DNA of 64,000 nucleotides from Candidatus Hydrogenedentota bacterium. Its GTDB lineage: Bacteria > Hydrogenedentota > Hydrogenedentia > Hydrogenedentales > SLHB01. The stretch spans positions 1,344,001-1,408,000 of the forward strand of contig CAXXTH010000010.1 in the NCBI GenBank assembly GCA_963668025.2. The letters run 5' to 3'. The notes under the pieces were generated by a model. The model had not been told where the DNA came from. It searched no databases and worked only from the letters and a program-made list of their open reading frames with translations. Below, piece after piece: positions 29,312 to 39,950 of this stretch. Within the stretch, counting starts at the first letter, position 1. Every line of letters starts with the position of its first letter. The position numbers and the translations under genes are program-made.

Positions 29312-30142
29312 TTATACGCCCGAAAACGCGCTGAATCCGCCGTCGATGGGCACCACGATGCCCGTGACGAATCGCGAGGCGTCTGACGCCAGCCAAATGG
29401 CTACGCCGATCAAGTCTTCCGGTTTCCCGAATTCAGCCATGGGCGTATGGGCGATGATGGTTTTTCCTCGCGGCGTCAGCTCTCCGGTCTTCTCATCGGT
29501 CAGCAAGAACCGGTTTTGATCCGTCAGGAAGAACCCCGGCGCGATGGCGTTCACCCGCAGCTTGGTGCTGTATTCCTGCGCCAAGTGTACGGCGAGCCAT
29601 TGAGTGAAGTTGCTGACGGCTGCTTTCGCCGCACTGTACCCCGGTATGCGTGTCAGCGGGCGCAGGGCGTTCATGGATGATATATTAATGATGCTCCCGC
29701 CTTCGGCCTGGTTTTTCATGCGGCGGCCAAAAACTTGGGAAGGCACGATAACGCCTCCGGTCAAGTTGAGATCGATGACTTTCTGAATCGCTTCGGCGGG
29801 GAGATCAAAGAAAGACTGCTCCGGAGAGGTCGTCACGCCCTTCATGTTGCCGCCCACGCAATTGAACAGGCTGTCTACTTTGCCGAAATCGTGGTAAATG
29901 GACTCGCAGCAAGCTTCAATGGACGTTTTTTCAAAGACATTCATCCCATAGGCGGCGGCTTTGCCCCCATCCGCCGTAATGGCGGCAGCCTTCGCCTTGG
30001 CGTTGTCAAGGGCTACATCAGCGATAGCCACGCTTGCGCCTGCGTGTGCAAGGCCGCGAGCGATGGCGCCGCCGAGTACGCCGCCGCCGCCAGTGACGAC
30101 GACTACCTTGCCAGTTAGATCAAAACATGAAGTATTTGCCAT
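29312..30142 (-). CDS. SDR oxidoreductase, D-mannonate oxidoreductase (UxuB-like) subfamily
   Basis: TGGGGVLG, GGN, SSMNALRPLTRIPGYSAAKAA, NFTQWLA and APGFFLT.QNR.LL motifs. Confidence 0.85.
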   Translation of the reverse strand: MANTSCFDLTGKVVVVTGGGGVLGGAIARGLAHAGASVAIADVALDNAKAKAAAITADGGKAAAYGMNVFEKTSIEACCESIYHDFGKVDSLFNCVGGNMKGVTTSPEQSFFDLPAEAIQKVIDLNLTGGVIVPSQVFGRRMKNQAEGGSIINISSMNALRPLTRIPGYSAAKAAVSNFTQWLAVHLAQEYSTKLRVNAIAPGFFLTDQNRFLLTDEKTGELTPRGKTIIAHTPMAEFGKPEDLIGVAIWLASDASRFVTGIVVPIDGGFSAFSGV

Positions 30143-30533
30143 GCTTGATGTTCTCCTTCATTAAGCAGACGTGGATATCCCGCCGCTTTTTGTAGCTTCT
30201 TCAGGAAGAGCGTATTCGTTTACCTCGCTATTCCCCGCCCGTTGCGCCAATCATTCCGAGAGCTTATGAAGCTGATACGCCTTGCCATTATGGCATCCGC
30301 ATCGCCTATAGTGCATGTATTGGGATTAAGCAAACTATACTAAAGATCACTACTGTTCAGTTCAACCTCGCTTTCGAGTACATTTTTTGCTTGAGCCAGC
30401 AGGTGTGGCCTTTGTACTGTTCGACTTTTTCCGTGCTAGTAGTGCTTTGTTTCTTTCAGATTTGAAGACGCCGGTGTTTGACCTGGTCTATACAGGATTT
30501 TTGGCATGGCCGGGCATTTGTAAAAATCTAAAG

Positions 30534-30557
30534 AGATGAACCAATAGATGAACCAAT
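30534..30557. promoter_or_regulatory. 12-bp perfect tandem repeat in a divergent promoter region
   Basis: agatgaaccaat x2; a regulatory role is unproven. Confidence 0.35.
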
Positions 30558-30739
30558 AGGGTCCTTTAAAATATCATCAGAATTGGCGGCCTATAGCGTT
30601 CTCTTTTTGATGTGGAGCAGAATTTTCTATAAATCATTCTATTCGTGAGTGGATTCATCGTGGTAAGATAGGCCACAGCCTATGTGGCGCGCACGGAATG
30701 AGCCGGCGCTACAGCCATAAACAGTGAGGGCCAGCAAGC

Positions 30740-33388
30740 ATGAACCACATGGAACAAGAACGATTGGCGGAAGCCGGAGAGCGTGTGAAGCATTGGCGGC
30801 GCTGGGGCCCATATCTTTCCGAACGCCAATGGGGCACGGTGCGTGAGGATTATTCGCCCGATGGCAATCCCTGGCAGTATTTGCCCTATGACAAAGCCCC
30901 CTTTTACGCCTATCGGTGGGGGGAAGATGGCATTGCCGGAGTGAGTGACAATCACCAGCGGCTATGTTTCGCCATTGCCCTCTGGAATGGGCAGGATGCT
31001 TTGCTCAAGGAACGCCTTTTCGGGCTCGATAATGCGGAAGGCAATCACGGCGAAGATGTAAAGGAATATTATTGGCATTTGGACTGCACGCCCACGCACT
31101 CGTATATGCGCTATCGCTATCGGTATCCCCAGCAAGCATTTCCATACCAGCAACTGCGCGAAGAAAACGGCCGGCGAGGACGGCGCCAGCCGGAATATGA
31201 ATTGGCGGATACGGGTATCTTCGATGAAAACCGCTATTTTGATGTGGATGTGGAATATGCAAAAGCCGATGCGAATGATCTGTTGATCCGTATTACGGTG
31301 AAGAATGCCGGGCCAGAGGCCGCCGTGCTGCATGTGTTGCCCTCCTTGTGGTTCCGCAATTCCTGGCGCTGGCGTCAAAACGTCCAAGCGCCCATCATTG
31401 AAAAGGCGGGGCTTAGCGGCGTACGTGCGGAACACCCGGAATTTGGCGTAGCTTTTCTCGATGCGTCGTGTGGGCCGCGATGGATTTTTACGGGAAACGA
31501 GACGAATCATGAACGCCTGTATGGCGCGCCCAATCCATGCAAATACGTGAAAGATGGTTTTCACCGGCTGCTTATTGATGGCGCTGAGGAGGCGGTGTCT
31601 GAGGATGCCGGTACGAAGTGTGCGGCGTGGTATGCGTGGAAATTAGCGCCGGATGAGCAGCGAATGGTCACGCTGCGTTTGCGTGAATATGATGCGGAAG
31701 CGCCCTTCGAAGGGCCGGAATTCACCCATGTGTTTGATGTGCGCCGGGCGGAATCGGAGGCGTTCTATGACAGCCTTATGCCGCCATGCGCAACGAAAGA
31801 ACGCCGCGCTATTGCCCGCCAGGCTTTTGATGGCATGTTGTGGTCTAAACAGTGGTACCATTTTATCGTCGAGCAATGGCTTGCGGGCGATCCCACCATG
31901 CCGCTTCCCGACCCGAAACGCGCCCATATCCGCAATGAAGAATGGCTGCATTTGTATAATGATGATGTGTTGTCCATGCCTGATAAATGGGAGTTTCCCT
32001 GGTTTGCGGTATGGGATACCGCTTTCCACTCCATTACGCTTGCGGAAATTGACCCAGAATATGCGAAAAACCAGCTTCGGGTGTTTACGCGGGAATGGTA
32101 TATGCACCCGAATGGGCAGCTTCCCGCATATGAATGGGATTTCAGCGATGTGAACCCCCCCGTCCATGCCTGGGCGACCTGGCGTGTATATGAGATGGAA
32201 CGCCAGCGCACCGGCAAAGGCGATGCGCGTTTTCTCGAGAGTGTGTTCCACAAGCTGCTGATGAATTTTACCTGGTGGGTGAACCGCAAGGATGCCGATG
32301 GCGATAACATCTTCCAAGGCGGATTTTTGGGGATGGATAATATTGGTGTCTTCGACTGGAGCGCCCGCATGCCAATCGAGGGGCGCATCGAGCAAAGCGA
32401 CTGCACTAGCTGGATGGCTATGTATTGTTTGAATATGCTTCGGATTGCTTGGGAGCTTTCCAAAACAGATCCCGTTTATGAAGATATCGCTTCCAAATTC
32501 TTCGAGCATTTTCTATATATCGCCAGCGCAATCTACAACATAGAAGGCACGGGGGCGTCGCTTTGGGACGAGAAAGACGGATTTTTCTACGATCAAATTC
32601 AATGGCCTGATGGCCGCCGCGAATCATTGCGCATCCGTTCCATGGTTGGGCTTATTCCTGTGCTTGCGATCGAGATAGTGGAGCATGGCCAAATGAAGCA
32701 TCTGCCAGGATTCGAACGGCGCATGAACTGGTTCTATGACAATCGAGGCGACTTAACCAAGAACATTTCGTGCGTGTTTGGCCCTGGGCATGAGGGCCGG
32801 TGCCTTCTCTCGCTGATGAACCAAGAGCAGCTCAGGCGCGTATTGGCGCTGATGTTGGATGAAAATGAATTTTTGAGCGAGTACGGCATTCGTTCGTTAT
32901 CCAAAGCGCATGATGCGGCGCCTTATGTCTTTGAACTCGATCACTATCGAAGCATCGTACATTATTTGCCGGGTGAATCGGATAGCACTCTTTTTGGAGG
33001 AAACTCGAATTGGAGAGGCCCGGTCTGGTTTCCAATCAACTTTCTGATCATCGATGCTCTCCGGCGGTATCATACGTTCTGGGGCGATAGTTTCCAGGTG
33101 GAGTTCCCTACGGGTTCAGGCAATCTCATGCACTTGGGCCAAGTGGCGAATGCCTTAGCGGACCGGTTAATTGCGCTCTTCGAGCGCCGGGAAGGCCGGC
33201 GGCCTGTTTCCGGCGAGCGCGCGCTGTTCCAGGAAGATCCTGCCTGGCGGGATCTCCCCGCGTTTTTCGAATATTTCAACGGCGACACGGGCGAAGGCCT
33301 TGGCGCCAGCCACCAAACAGGCTGGACGGGGCTCGTGGCCAACTTAATCATCGAGCGCGAGCGGCAGCGGCAGCCGATCAGCTCATGA
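30740..33388 (+). CDS. GH63-like (MGH1-type) glucosidase
   Basis: WGPYLSERQWGTVREDYS, SMPDKWE, GGFLGMDNI, NSNWRGPVW and GASHQTGWT motifs. Confidence 0.93.
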   Translation: MNHMEQERLAEAGERVKHWRRWGPYLSERQWGTVREDYSPDGNPWQYLPYDKAPFYAYRWGEDGIAGVSDNHQRLCFAIALWNGQDALLKERLFGLDNAEGNHGEDVKEYYWHLDCTPTHSYMRYRYRYPQQAFPYQQLREENGRRGRRQPEYELADTGIFDENRYFDVDVEYAKADANDLLIRITVKNAGPEAAVLHVLPSLWFRNSWRWRQNVQAPIIEKAGLSGVRAEHPEFGVAFLDASCGPRWIFTGNETNHERLYGAPNPCKYVKDGFHRLLIDGAEEAVSEDAGTKCAAWYAWKLAPDEQRMVTLRLREYDAEAPFEGPEFTHVFDVRRAESEAFYDSLMPPCATKERRAIARQAFDGMLWSKQWYHFIVEQWLAGDPTMPLPDPKRAHIRNEEWLHLYNDDVLSMPDKWEFPWFAVWDTAFHSITLAEIDPEYAKNQLRVFTREWYMHPNGQLPAYEWDFSDVNPPVHAWATWRVYEMERQRTGKGDARFLESVFHKLLMNFTWWVNRKDADGDNIFQGGFLGMDNIGVFDWSARMPIEGRIEQSDCTSWMAMYCLNMLRIAWELSKTDPVYEDIASKFFEHFLYIASAIYNIEGTGASLWDEKDGFFYDQIQWPDGRRESLRIRSMVGLIPVLAIEIVEHGQMKHLPGFERRMNWFYDNRGDLTKNISCVFGPGHEGRCLLSLMNQEQLRRVLALMLDENEFLSEYGIRSLSKAHDAAPYVFELDHYRSIVHYLPGESDSTLFGGNSNWRGPVWFPINFLIIDALRRYHTFWGDSFQVEFPTGSGNLMHLGQVANALADRLIALFERREGRRPVSGERALFQEDPAWRDLPAFFEYFNGDTGEGLGASHQTGWTGLVANLIIERERQRQPISS

Positions 33389-34571
33389 GCGCTGCGGTGT
33401 GGGCCAATTCCTCCTCGGTGTTGTAGAAGTGGGGGGCGATGCGGATGAATGGCTCTCCGGCGCGGTTCTGGCGGATCGTGATTGCAATGTTGTTTTCACG
33501 CAGATGCTTGGCCAAGGCGCGGAGGTCGCGCGTGGGATGTGTCACGCTGATAATTCCCGAGCGCTCCGCATCTGACGACGCAGGAGTGCAATCGCGTTGC
33601 TCGATAGAGAGCCGGTAACCGAGCGGGCGCAGCAATTTTAAGAGTTTGCGGCGCAAGAAGAGGATCCGCTCCGATATGGCGTTTATGCCTATATCCAGGA
33701 GCAATTCCAATGAGGCCTGCATGCCGATAATGCCAGGCATGTTTAACATGCCTGGCTCATAACGCCGTGCTCCGCTGTAATAGTGAATATGGTCTTGCGC
33801 GATAAAATCCGGAGAAAACACATTCCAGGAACCGAGTAGTATGGGGCGCAAGAAGTCATGATGCTCTTTGCGGACGTAAACGATGCCCGCGCCCGCCGGG
33901 CCCAGCATCCATTTGTGCGAATCCGCGCTCAGAAAATCCACATGCTCCACGGATAGGGGAAATGCGCCTAGCGATTGGATGCCGTCCAGGCAAAGCAAGA
34001 TGCCCCGTTCGTGCAAGCGTTTGCCGATGGCGTCCACATCGATGCGAAAACCGCTGAGAAAGTTGCATGTGGCGAGGGCCACGAGCCGCGTGCGCGGTGT
34101 GAGGGCTTTCTCTACGGCCTCCCATGTAATCACGCCCGGCTGTTCCGGCTGCAACGCTACCGGGCGCACGCCGCGTTCCGCCAAGGCGGTCCAGGGATAT
34201 ACATTCGCCGGATAGTCATCGGCGTAATACGCCACTTCATCACCCGTTTTCCATGGCATGCCACCCGCCACGAGGCTTAGGCCCAAGGCGGTAGGCCCCA
34301 GCAAGGCGATTTCATCCGCCGTGCAACCGAGCAGGCGTGCGGAGGTTTCCCGTGCGTTTTGCACACGGTTCCACACCCATTCGTTCTCTTGCGCCCCGCA
34401 TGAGCCTTGCCGTGCAAACTCGGCCATGGCGTCCACGGCAGTTTGCGGAAGCGGCGCTACGGCGGCATGGGAGAGAAACACGCCGTGGCCCGCGACTGGA
34501 AACGCCGCTTGGCGGCGGGCTTCATTGCTCACAAGATATTCCATTGCTGATGTGCTGTTGTTTCTGTTCAT
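33378..34571 (-). CDS. Class V PLP-dependent aminotransferase / cysteine desulfurase-like
   Basis: HAAVAP, DYPANVYPW, DGIQSLG, SADSHKWMLGP and PHFYN motifs. Start uncertain (34571 or 34544). Confidence 0.88.
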   Translation of the reverse strand: MNRNNSTSAMEYLVSNEARRQAAFPVAGHGVFLSHAAVAPLPQTAVDAMAEFARQGSCGAQENEWVWNRVQNARETSARLLGCTADEIALLGPTALGLSLVAGGMPWKTGDEVAYYADDYPANVYPWTALAERGVRPVALQPEQPGVITWEAVEKALTPRTRLVALATCNFLSGFRIDVDAIGKRLHERGILLCLDGIQSLGAFPLSVEHVDFLSADSHKWMLGPAGAGIVYVRKEHHDFLRPILLGSWNVFSPDFIAQDHIHYYSGARRYEPGMLNMPGIIGMQASLELLLDIGINAISERILFLRRKLLKLLRPLGYRLSIEQRDCTPASSDAERSGIISVTHPTRDLRALAKHLRENNIAITIRQNRAGEPFIRIAPHFYNTEEELAHTAALMS

Positions 34572-34590
34572 ACTCCATACACCTGTCTGT

Positions 34591-35748
34591 TTAGCCTCTG
34601 TGGCCGTGTGTACGGTAGTATGCGAGACCTTCGAGCATCGCTTCAAGGTTGGCCCAGGGAACACCGGGGGTGATGCTGCTGGAACCGCCCAGGAACAGGC
34701 CTACGGGCGGGCCGTTTTCGACCAGCCACTTTATTTCCTTGCGCACCTCATCGGGCGTGCCTAAGGGCAGGGTTCGCGTCACGCTTACGCCCCCCCAGAT
34801 CATGAGCGGTTCGCCGTCGCGGTCCGTCATCTTGCAGATCCGCTCATAATCCATGCCGGCTTCATATTGAAAGCCCTGGAATCCTCGTATGCCGGCCTCG
34901 AGCAGCCCCGGTATCATGGACATAAGATTGCCGTCGCAGTGCCATATACAGCGAATCCCCGCATCAACCAAAGGCTTGATGCTGCGTGCGAAATGGGGAA
35001 ACCAGCTCCGCTCGAGGCTGCGGATATCGACTAATGGCCCTGAATTGTCCGCCATGTCATGATCGAGGCGGATGACTTTAGGCAGATTGCCTTTCCTTAT
35101 CGCGCGGGCTGCGATAGCGTTGGTTTTTTCGTATAAATCCGCTTGAAGGGCAAAATCACGCTCCATAATCTCTGGATATATCACGTATGCGGTAAGATAA
35201 TGTACGTAACCATAAGCGCCATATCGGAGTATGGGAAATCCTCCCCAGCCTTCGCCATATGGCGCCTTGAGGATTTCTGGCCCGAACTGTGCTTGCATGG
35301 CCTGTTCGCCCTGGATTAGCCTCGCGACGGCCTCGTCATCGGAGGGAGCCGTGGCGGCGATCTGGGCCTCGAGCTTAGGAAACTCTATGCGTTCGAGATG
35401 CTCGACTACCTTGTCCGCATCATCAATGATAATACCGTCCAATTCAATATGCGCCGCCCCGGTGGTCGCTTGATGCGCGGTGCCGTTCTCATACCCATGA
35501 GCGCCCATGCTCAGCACATTTCCGGCCAGATACTGGTCGATCATACAAACCCCCGCTGCCCGCTGGGCCGCGAGATACACGCCATCAGGATCATTGGGGT
35601 AGCTGCCTTCGGGCGCACCGGCTAGTTTCTCGAGAAACCGTGGGTCCATGCTATGAAACATCCAGGCGGGGATGCCATCACATGTCTCCAGGGCAAGTGT
35701 GCGTTCGGCTAAACGGGCGTTCGCGCTGAGTTCGAGCATATGGGTCAT
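34591..35748 (-). CDS. Uroporphyrinogen decarboxylase (URO-D/MtaA) fold protein
   Basis: DMA...GP, WHCDGN, WGGVSV..TLP.GTPDEV and C-terminal P..N..A. Confidence 0.8.
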   Translation of the reverse strand: MTHMLELSANARLAERTLALETCDGIPAWMFHSMDPRFLEKLAGAPEGSYPNDPDGVYLAAQRAAGVCMIDQYLAGNVLSMGAHGYENGTAHQATTGAAHIELDGIIIDDADKVVEHLERIEFPKLEAQIAATAPSDDEAVARLIQGEQAMQAQFGPEILKAPYGEGWGGFPILRYGAYGYVHYLTAYVIYPEIMERDFALQADLYEKTNAIAARAIRKGNLPKVIRLDHDMADNSGPLVDIRSLERSWFPHFARSIKPLVDAGIRCIWHCDGNLMSMIPGLLEAGIRGFQGFQYEAGMDYERICKMTDRDGEPLMIWGGVSVTRTLPLGTPDEVRKEIKWLVENGPPVGLFLGGSSSITPGVPWANLEAMLEGLAYYRTHGHRG

Positions 35749-36059
35749 ATATGGCTCCTCCTAAAACAAGCGGTGTGTTCGTTTGAGTGCGATTATGGTC
35801 ATTTAGACTACAGGTAAGACGCTTGTCTGTCAAGTAAAATCATCGAGTTCAGGCATGATGTTTTGACATAAAATGCGCGGATATGCATATTTATATAAAG
35901 TTTGTGAATTATCATGCCCTGTTGATGGGCGAACGAAACTTCGTCGTGGGTTTTCAAACTTGTGGAGCGCCGGGTGTCGGCTAAGCATTTAAAATGTTGA
36001 AACCGCCAGGTATTGGATTGTTTTGGTGATGATAATGAACAGATGTATTTGAGGTAACG

Positions 36060-39000
36060 ATGGCTCATAAAATATGGATGCTTCTCGCTTGCTCATGCCT
36101 GGTTGTGTTACCGGCCTTTGCCAAGGATGAGGCGATGCCAGCGTATCAGGAGTGTGCGGCGATGGCGAGTTGGGACGTTCTATATGATTTTGCCAATCAC
36201 TGTAAAGAGGCCGATGCGCGTGAGACGGAGATATTCATCAATGCCTATAAATCCGCACAGGGAATCGAACGTCCAGGCTTTCTACTCCATCCGTATACGG
36301 CGCAGAAAGATACGCTGGCTTCGCTGAAGTTTCCTCCTGTTGCCCTTTCGGGATTCGCCGAAGGCGAACGTCCTATCTTGCATTTCTATATCACGATTGC
36401 CGATGGTTTTGATCCCGCGCAAACGCCAACGTTTGATGGGTGCGGGTTCATCATCCACATTAATGGCGAAGAAGTATTTCATCAAATCCATGCCCAGCAG
36501 GAATGGTTGGAGTTTACCGTAGATTTGGAGCCTTGGCGCGGCCAGGAAGTGCAAATAACGTTTCAGGCCGACGCATTGGAGAACTCCAACTATGATTGGG
36601 CCTTCTGGGGTGCGCCTCAAATTTTGATTCAAGGCCGCCAACGGCCGCCCCGCCAGGGGCCAAAATCCTCCATGTTGAGTTATGAGCGTCTGGCTTCTGA
36701 AATTCAACCGGAACGTATCGTGAAGCATTATCAAGATGATCGTACGCAAACGATCATTGCGGTCATGGACAAAGACCTGGATTTGCCAGCGTTATTATGG
36801 GCGGCGCGTGATGAAACGAAGCCAGAAGTGCCGCTTGCGCCGCGAATGGTGGCCGGCGAAGGAGCTGATCCGGAAAACCACACCATCGTCCGGGTGCTCA
36901 ATGAATATGGCATCGCCGATGTGCAGTTCCTGGCCTATCCCGTGGAGATTAAGGGCGGTGTCCAAGTGTGCGCCCTCCGCGCGCAAGGAGAAGATAGGAT
37001 AGTGGCGGCTCCCTTGGCGGATGAATCGATGCGTGAAATCCGGGTCTTCAATGTCTGGGGCGGTTTGGTGAACGCCTTCACTCCCTCCGATTTCGTTCGA
37101 ACGCCGATGTCGCTGGCCACGGCCAGGCTAGAACATGGCGGTGCGGCTCAGGTCATAGCCGTTGCATCCAGGAACGTTCTGAACCAACGGGTAAAATTGT
37201 TCTGTTATACAGCCGATGGCGCAATCAAACGAGAATATACGTTATCCGAAATGACAGGTCCGCTCGAATTGACGGCGATGGCGCACGAGGAGACGCACAT
37301 CGGGATTTATGACATCGGGGCGGGCGTCTTCATCGAATGGGATCTGGCCACAGGGCAGGAGATTAAACGAGTGCCGATCCTGGACGCCACACCGGAGACG
37401 CGCGTCTATCCTTCGGCGTTTGGGGATGAGCTTTGGGCCACCTATCCCGAGAAAGTTTTTTCTACCATCAAACGGTATCGAAATGGCCAGGCGGAGACAG
37501 TGAACGTTGGGGAACGTGAAAATACATTCTGGTTTCAATGGCCGGAAGCGATATCGCTGGATGCGAGCTCGGAGGCGCAAGCGCCGAGATACATCCAATA
37601 TTCAACATACCGCCACATACGCACGGAATATTTCTCTGATTTCCTGAAGAATCCGACATTCAACACCACACCCGCCGATTGGCTGGCGGATGAAACACTC
37701 AATAAACATGCCAGGGAATTGGCGCAGAGTTATAACGAGCCGCTGCCCGCTGTTTGGGATATCTGTTTTTCCCATCGCACGCACAAAGAAGCCTTTACGA
37801 AGTGGCTAGACCAGAAAGAACCAGAAACTGGGGTTCTCCAATACTCGATGTTGACCCGAGAGAATAACCCGGAGGAATATGTCGAATTCGAGCAGTTCTT
37901 TTTTGCACTGACTACGTATGCTTTTGGGCTGCCGGAACTCGACCGCCTTTATGTGATGCCGCTTCGCCGCACGCTGCAACGCCTAGCGGCAGCCTATCGA
38001 GACAACCCGGAACACATGGCCGCGCTGGAACCTAATCATGAGCATGAAATCGCGGTGCAAGGCGATGGCTCGAAAGGGGATTACAACCTCTGGATGATTC
38101 GAGGCTTTTACCATTACCTGGCGGCGCTGTATGGCAATGATCCGGCGTGGCTGGCTGCGAAATTCGGCTTTGAAAAGGGTCAATACTTTGATGCGCCGAG
38201 GGGGTGGGGGCGTGGTGAATGGGATGCGTATGATTCGTCCAATCCATTCCTCCGGGAGTGGGAATTCTATAATCGGTATGTTGTAAACCGTCGGATTGCC
38301 CAAACCTTTCGCGAGGCGTTACTGGCGGGCTTTCCGCCCGAACTGATCCGCTCCCATCAGATCCCCGATCGATATGCGCTGGGCGGGCTGGAGGCCTTCA
38401 GCTCGGTGCAATCGCGCTATACCCCGATCGATTACACCATCAGCGCCGGTGTCGGGTATGGCTTCACACGCTATGGGGTCTTTTATACCAATCCCAACAA
38501 TTGCATTATGGGGGCCTATTCGTCGGGATTCGATAACATCACGCTTGGCGAATATAACGCCTTGACGCCCGATCCCCAAGTTGCCTACGAGCAATTGCGT
38601 TATATATTTGATCATGGCGGAGCGACAGTCGACTGCATCCAGTGGCCCGGCTCTCACGATGAAGGCTTCAATGCCGCGATGATTACGGCGTTGCGGCGGT
38701 TAATGGAAGAAGACCCGCCGCGCTCAGTGGCGGCAGGCGGCACGGGGCCGATGCGTGCGTTTATCGATGGCGGGCGGGCCTTCAACATTGTTCAGATCGG
38801 TGCGGGAGGCGAGCACACCGGCCTGCTCAAGTCGATTACATCCGATGGCGATTGGGAGGGCACGGTCTATGTCACTCCGTTCCACGCCCATGTGGATATT
38901 TCATCGGTTCCTTTTGAAAGGGAAGGTGAAAAGTGGTTATCAGCGCCGATTCAGGCGCTAGATGCTGCCGGCCAAATCGAGTTGATGGTGGATGTGAATA

Positions 39001-39317
39001 GCCGCAAGAAAAGCCAGATACAGATACAAGTGCTTCAGGAAAACCAGGTGTTGCCTGGTCTTTCAACGACGCTCTTGGTGGATGAAAACGATCAATTCAT
39101 ACGCTATATCTTTCGAGCGCAATTGCCATCGCCTACCGTCCGTTTGATGATAACTCCTGGAAAAGCGCTTACGCTCGCGCATATCGAAGCGTACCGCCAC
39201 ACGCCTCAACACGTGAAGCTCCATCGCGGAATCCTTGCGGGAAAACGGCATAAAGGCGGAGTCACTTTTGATTTACTGGAAAATCAACCTGGCGTGGCGG
39301 TTGAGGCTCGCCGTTGA
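36060..39317 (+). CDS. Large secreted multi-domain protein, probable glycoside hydrolase
   Basis: Signal peptide; N-terminal beta-sandwich (YDWAFWGAP); propeller-like repeats; aromatic-rich barrel with NHEHE and GEYN. Confidence 0.7.
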   Translation: MAHKIWMLLACSCLVVLPAFAKDEAMPAYQECAAMASWDVLYDFANHCKEADARETEIFINAYKSAQGIERPGFLLHPYTAQKDTLASLKFPPVALSGFAEGERPILHFYITIADGFDPAQTPTFDGCGFIIHINGEEVFHQIHAQQEWLEFTVDLEPWRGQEVQITFQADALENSNYDWAFWGAPQILIQGRQRPPRQGPKSSMLSYERLASEIQPERIVKHYQDDRTQTIIAVMDKDLDLPALLWAARDETKPEVPLAPRMVAGEGADPENHTIVRVLNEYGIADVQFLAYPVEIKGGVQVCALRAQGEDRIVAAPLADESMREIRVFNVWGGLVNAFTPSDFVRTPMSLATARLEHGGAAQVIAVASRNVLNQRVKLFCYTADGAIKREYTLSEMTGPLELTAMAHEETHIGIYDIGAGVFIEWDLATGQEIKRVPILDATPETRVYPSAFGDELWATYPEKVFSTIKRYRNGQAETVNVGERENTFWFQWPEAISLDASSEAQAPRYIQYSTYRHIRTEYFSDFLKNPTFNTTPADWLADETLNKHARELAQSYNEPLPAVWDICFSHRTHKEAFTKWLDQKEPETGVLQYSMLTRENNPEEYVEFEQFFFALTTYAFGLPELDRLYVMPLRRTLQRLAAAYRDNPEHMAALEPNHEHEIAVQGDGSKGDYNLWMIRGFYHYLAALYGNDPAWLAAKFGFEKGQYFDAPRGWGRGEWDAYDSSNPFLREWEFYNRYVVNRRIAQTFREALLAGFPPELIRSHQIPDRYALGGLEAFSSVQSRYTPIDYTISAGVGYGFTRYGVFYTNPNNCIMGAYSSGFDNITLGEYNALTPDPQVAYEQLRYIFDHGGATVDCIQWPGSHDEGFNAAMITALRRLMEEDPPRSVAAGGTGPMRAFIDGGRAFNIVQIGAGGEHTGLLKSITSDGDWEGTVYVTPFHAHVDISSVPFEREGEKWLSAPIQALDAAGQIELMVDVNSRKKSQIQIQVLQENQVLPGLSTTLLVDENDQFIRYIFRAQLPSPTVRLMITPGKALTLAHIEAYRHTPQHVKLHRGILAGKRHKGGVTFDLLENQPGVAVEARR

Positions 39318-39364
39318 AGGCACATGGGCATTTCTGCGCGACGCTAGAAGGCTTGCTTTGTTCT

Positions 39365-39904
39365 TCATTGAGTTTCAGGCAATTCTTCCAACACTCGAGT
39401 AAAGGCCTCGCATATGCTTTTGGAGAATAGCACAAATCGTATGAGATGGATGCCGGGGTGGAGCCTTAGAAATGCCGCGGCTGTCCCGATGGCGATAGGG
39501 GCCGCTTCGTGAACAGGGTAGCCATATACGCCGCAGCTAATGGCGGGGAATGCGACAGACGTTACGCCATTTTCGATGGCGATCTCGAGGCTGCGGCGGT
39601 GGCAGCTTGCCAAGAGTTCCGGTTCGCCATGTTTCCCGTCGTTATAAACCGGGCCAACAGTGTGAATGACATAACGTGCGGGCAGATTGCCACCCGTAGT
39701 GATTTTAGCGCCGCCAGTAGCGCAGCCGTTGAGCTTTCGGCACGCATCCAAAATCGCCGGCCCTCCGGCGCGATGAATGGCCCCATCCACGCCGCCGCCG
39801 CCCAGTAAGGTGCTGTTCGCCGCGTTCACGATGGCGTCTGTCTGTTCGCGGGTAATGTCACCCTGCGCCACTTCGATGGTTCCATGGCCGATAACCCGTT
39901 TCAT
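39365..39904 (-). CDS. ymdB: Macrodomain O-acetyl-ADP-ribose deacetylase (YmdB-like)
   Basis: GDIT, IVNAANSTLLGGGGVDGAIH, HTVGP and FPAISCGVYG motifs. Confidence 0.92.
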   Translation of the reverse strand: MKRVIGHGTIEVAQGDITREQTDAIVNAANSTLLGGGGVDGAIHRAGGPAILDACRKLNGCATGGAKITTGGNLPARYVIHTVGPVYNDGKHGEPELLASCHRRSLEIAIENGVTSVAFPAISCGVYGYPVHEAAPIAIGTAAAFLRLHPGIHLIRFVLFSKSICEAFTRVLEELPETQ

Positions 39905-39950
39905 GGCTGGCCTCTCCAATCAGAACGGCTAGGCTCCGTATAAAGCTGCT

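Noticed and set aside
30143-30739. Hidden gene or structured RNA in the 600-bp spacer
   Set aside because: The frames I read were short and lacked an RBS, and no RNA motif was recognised. An Rfam search would be needed to exclude one.
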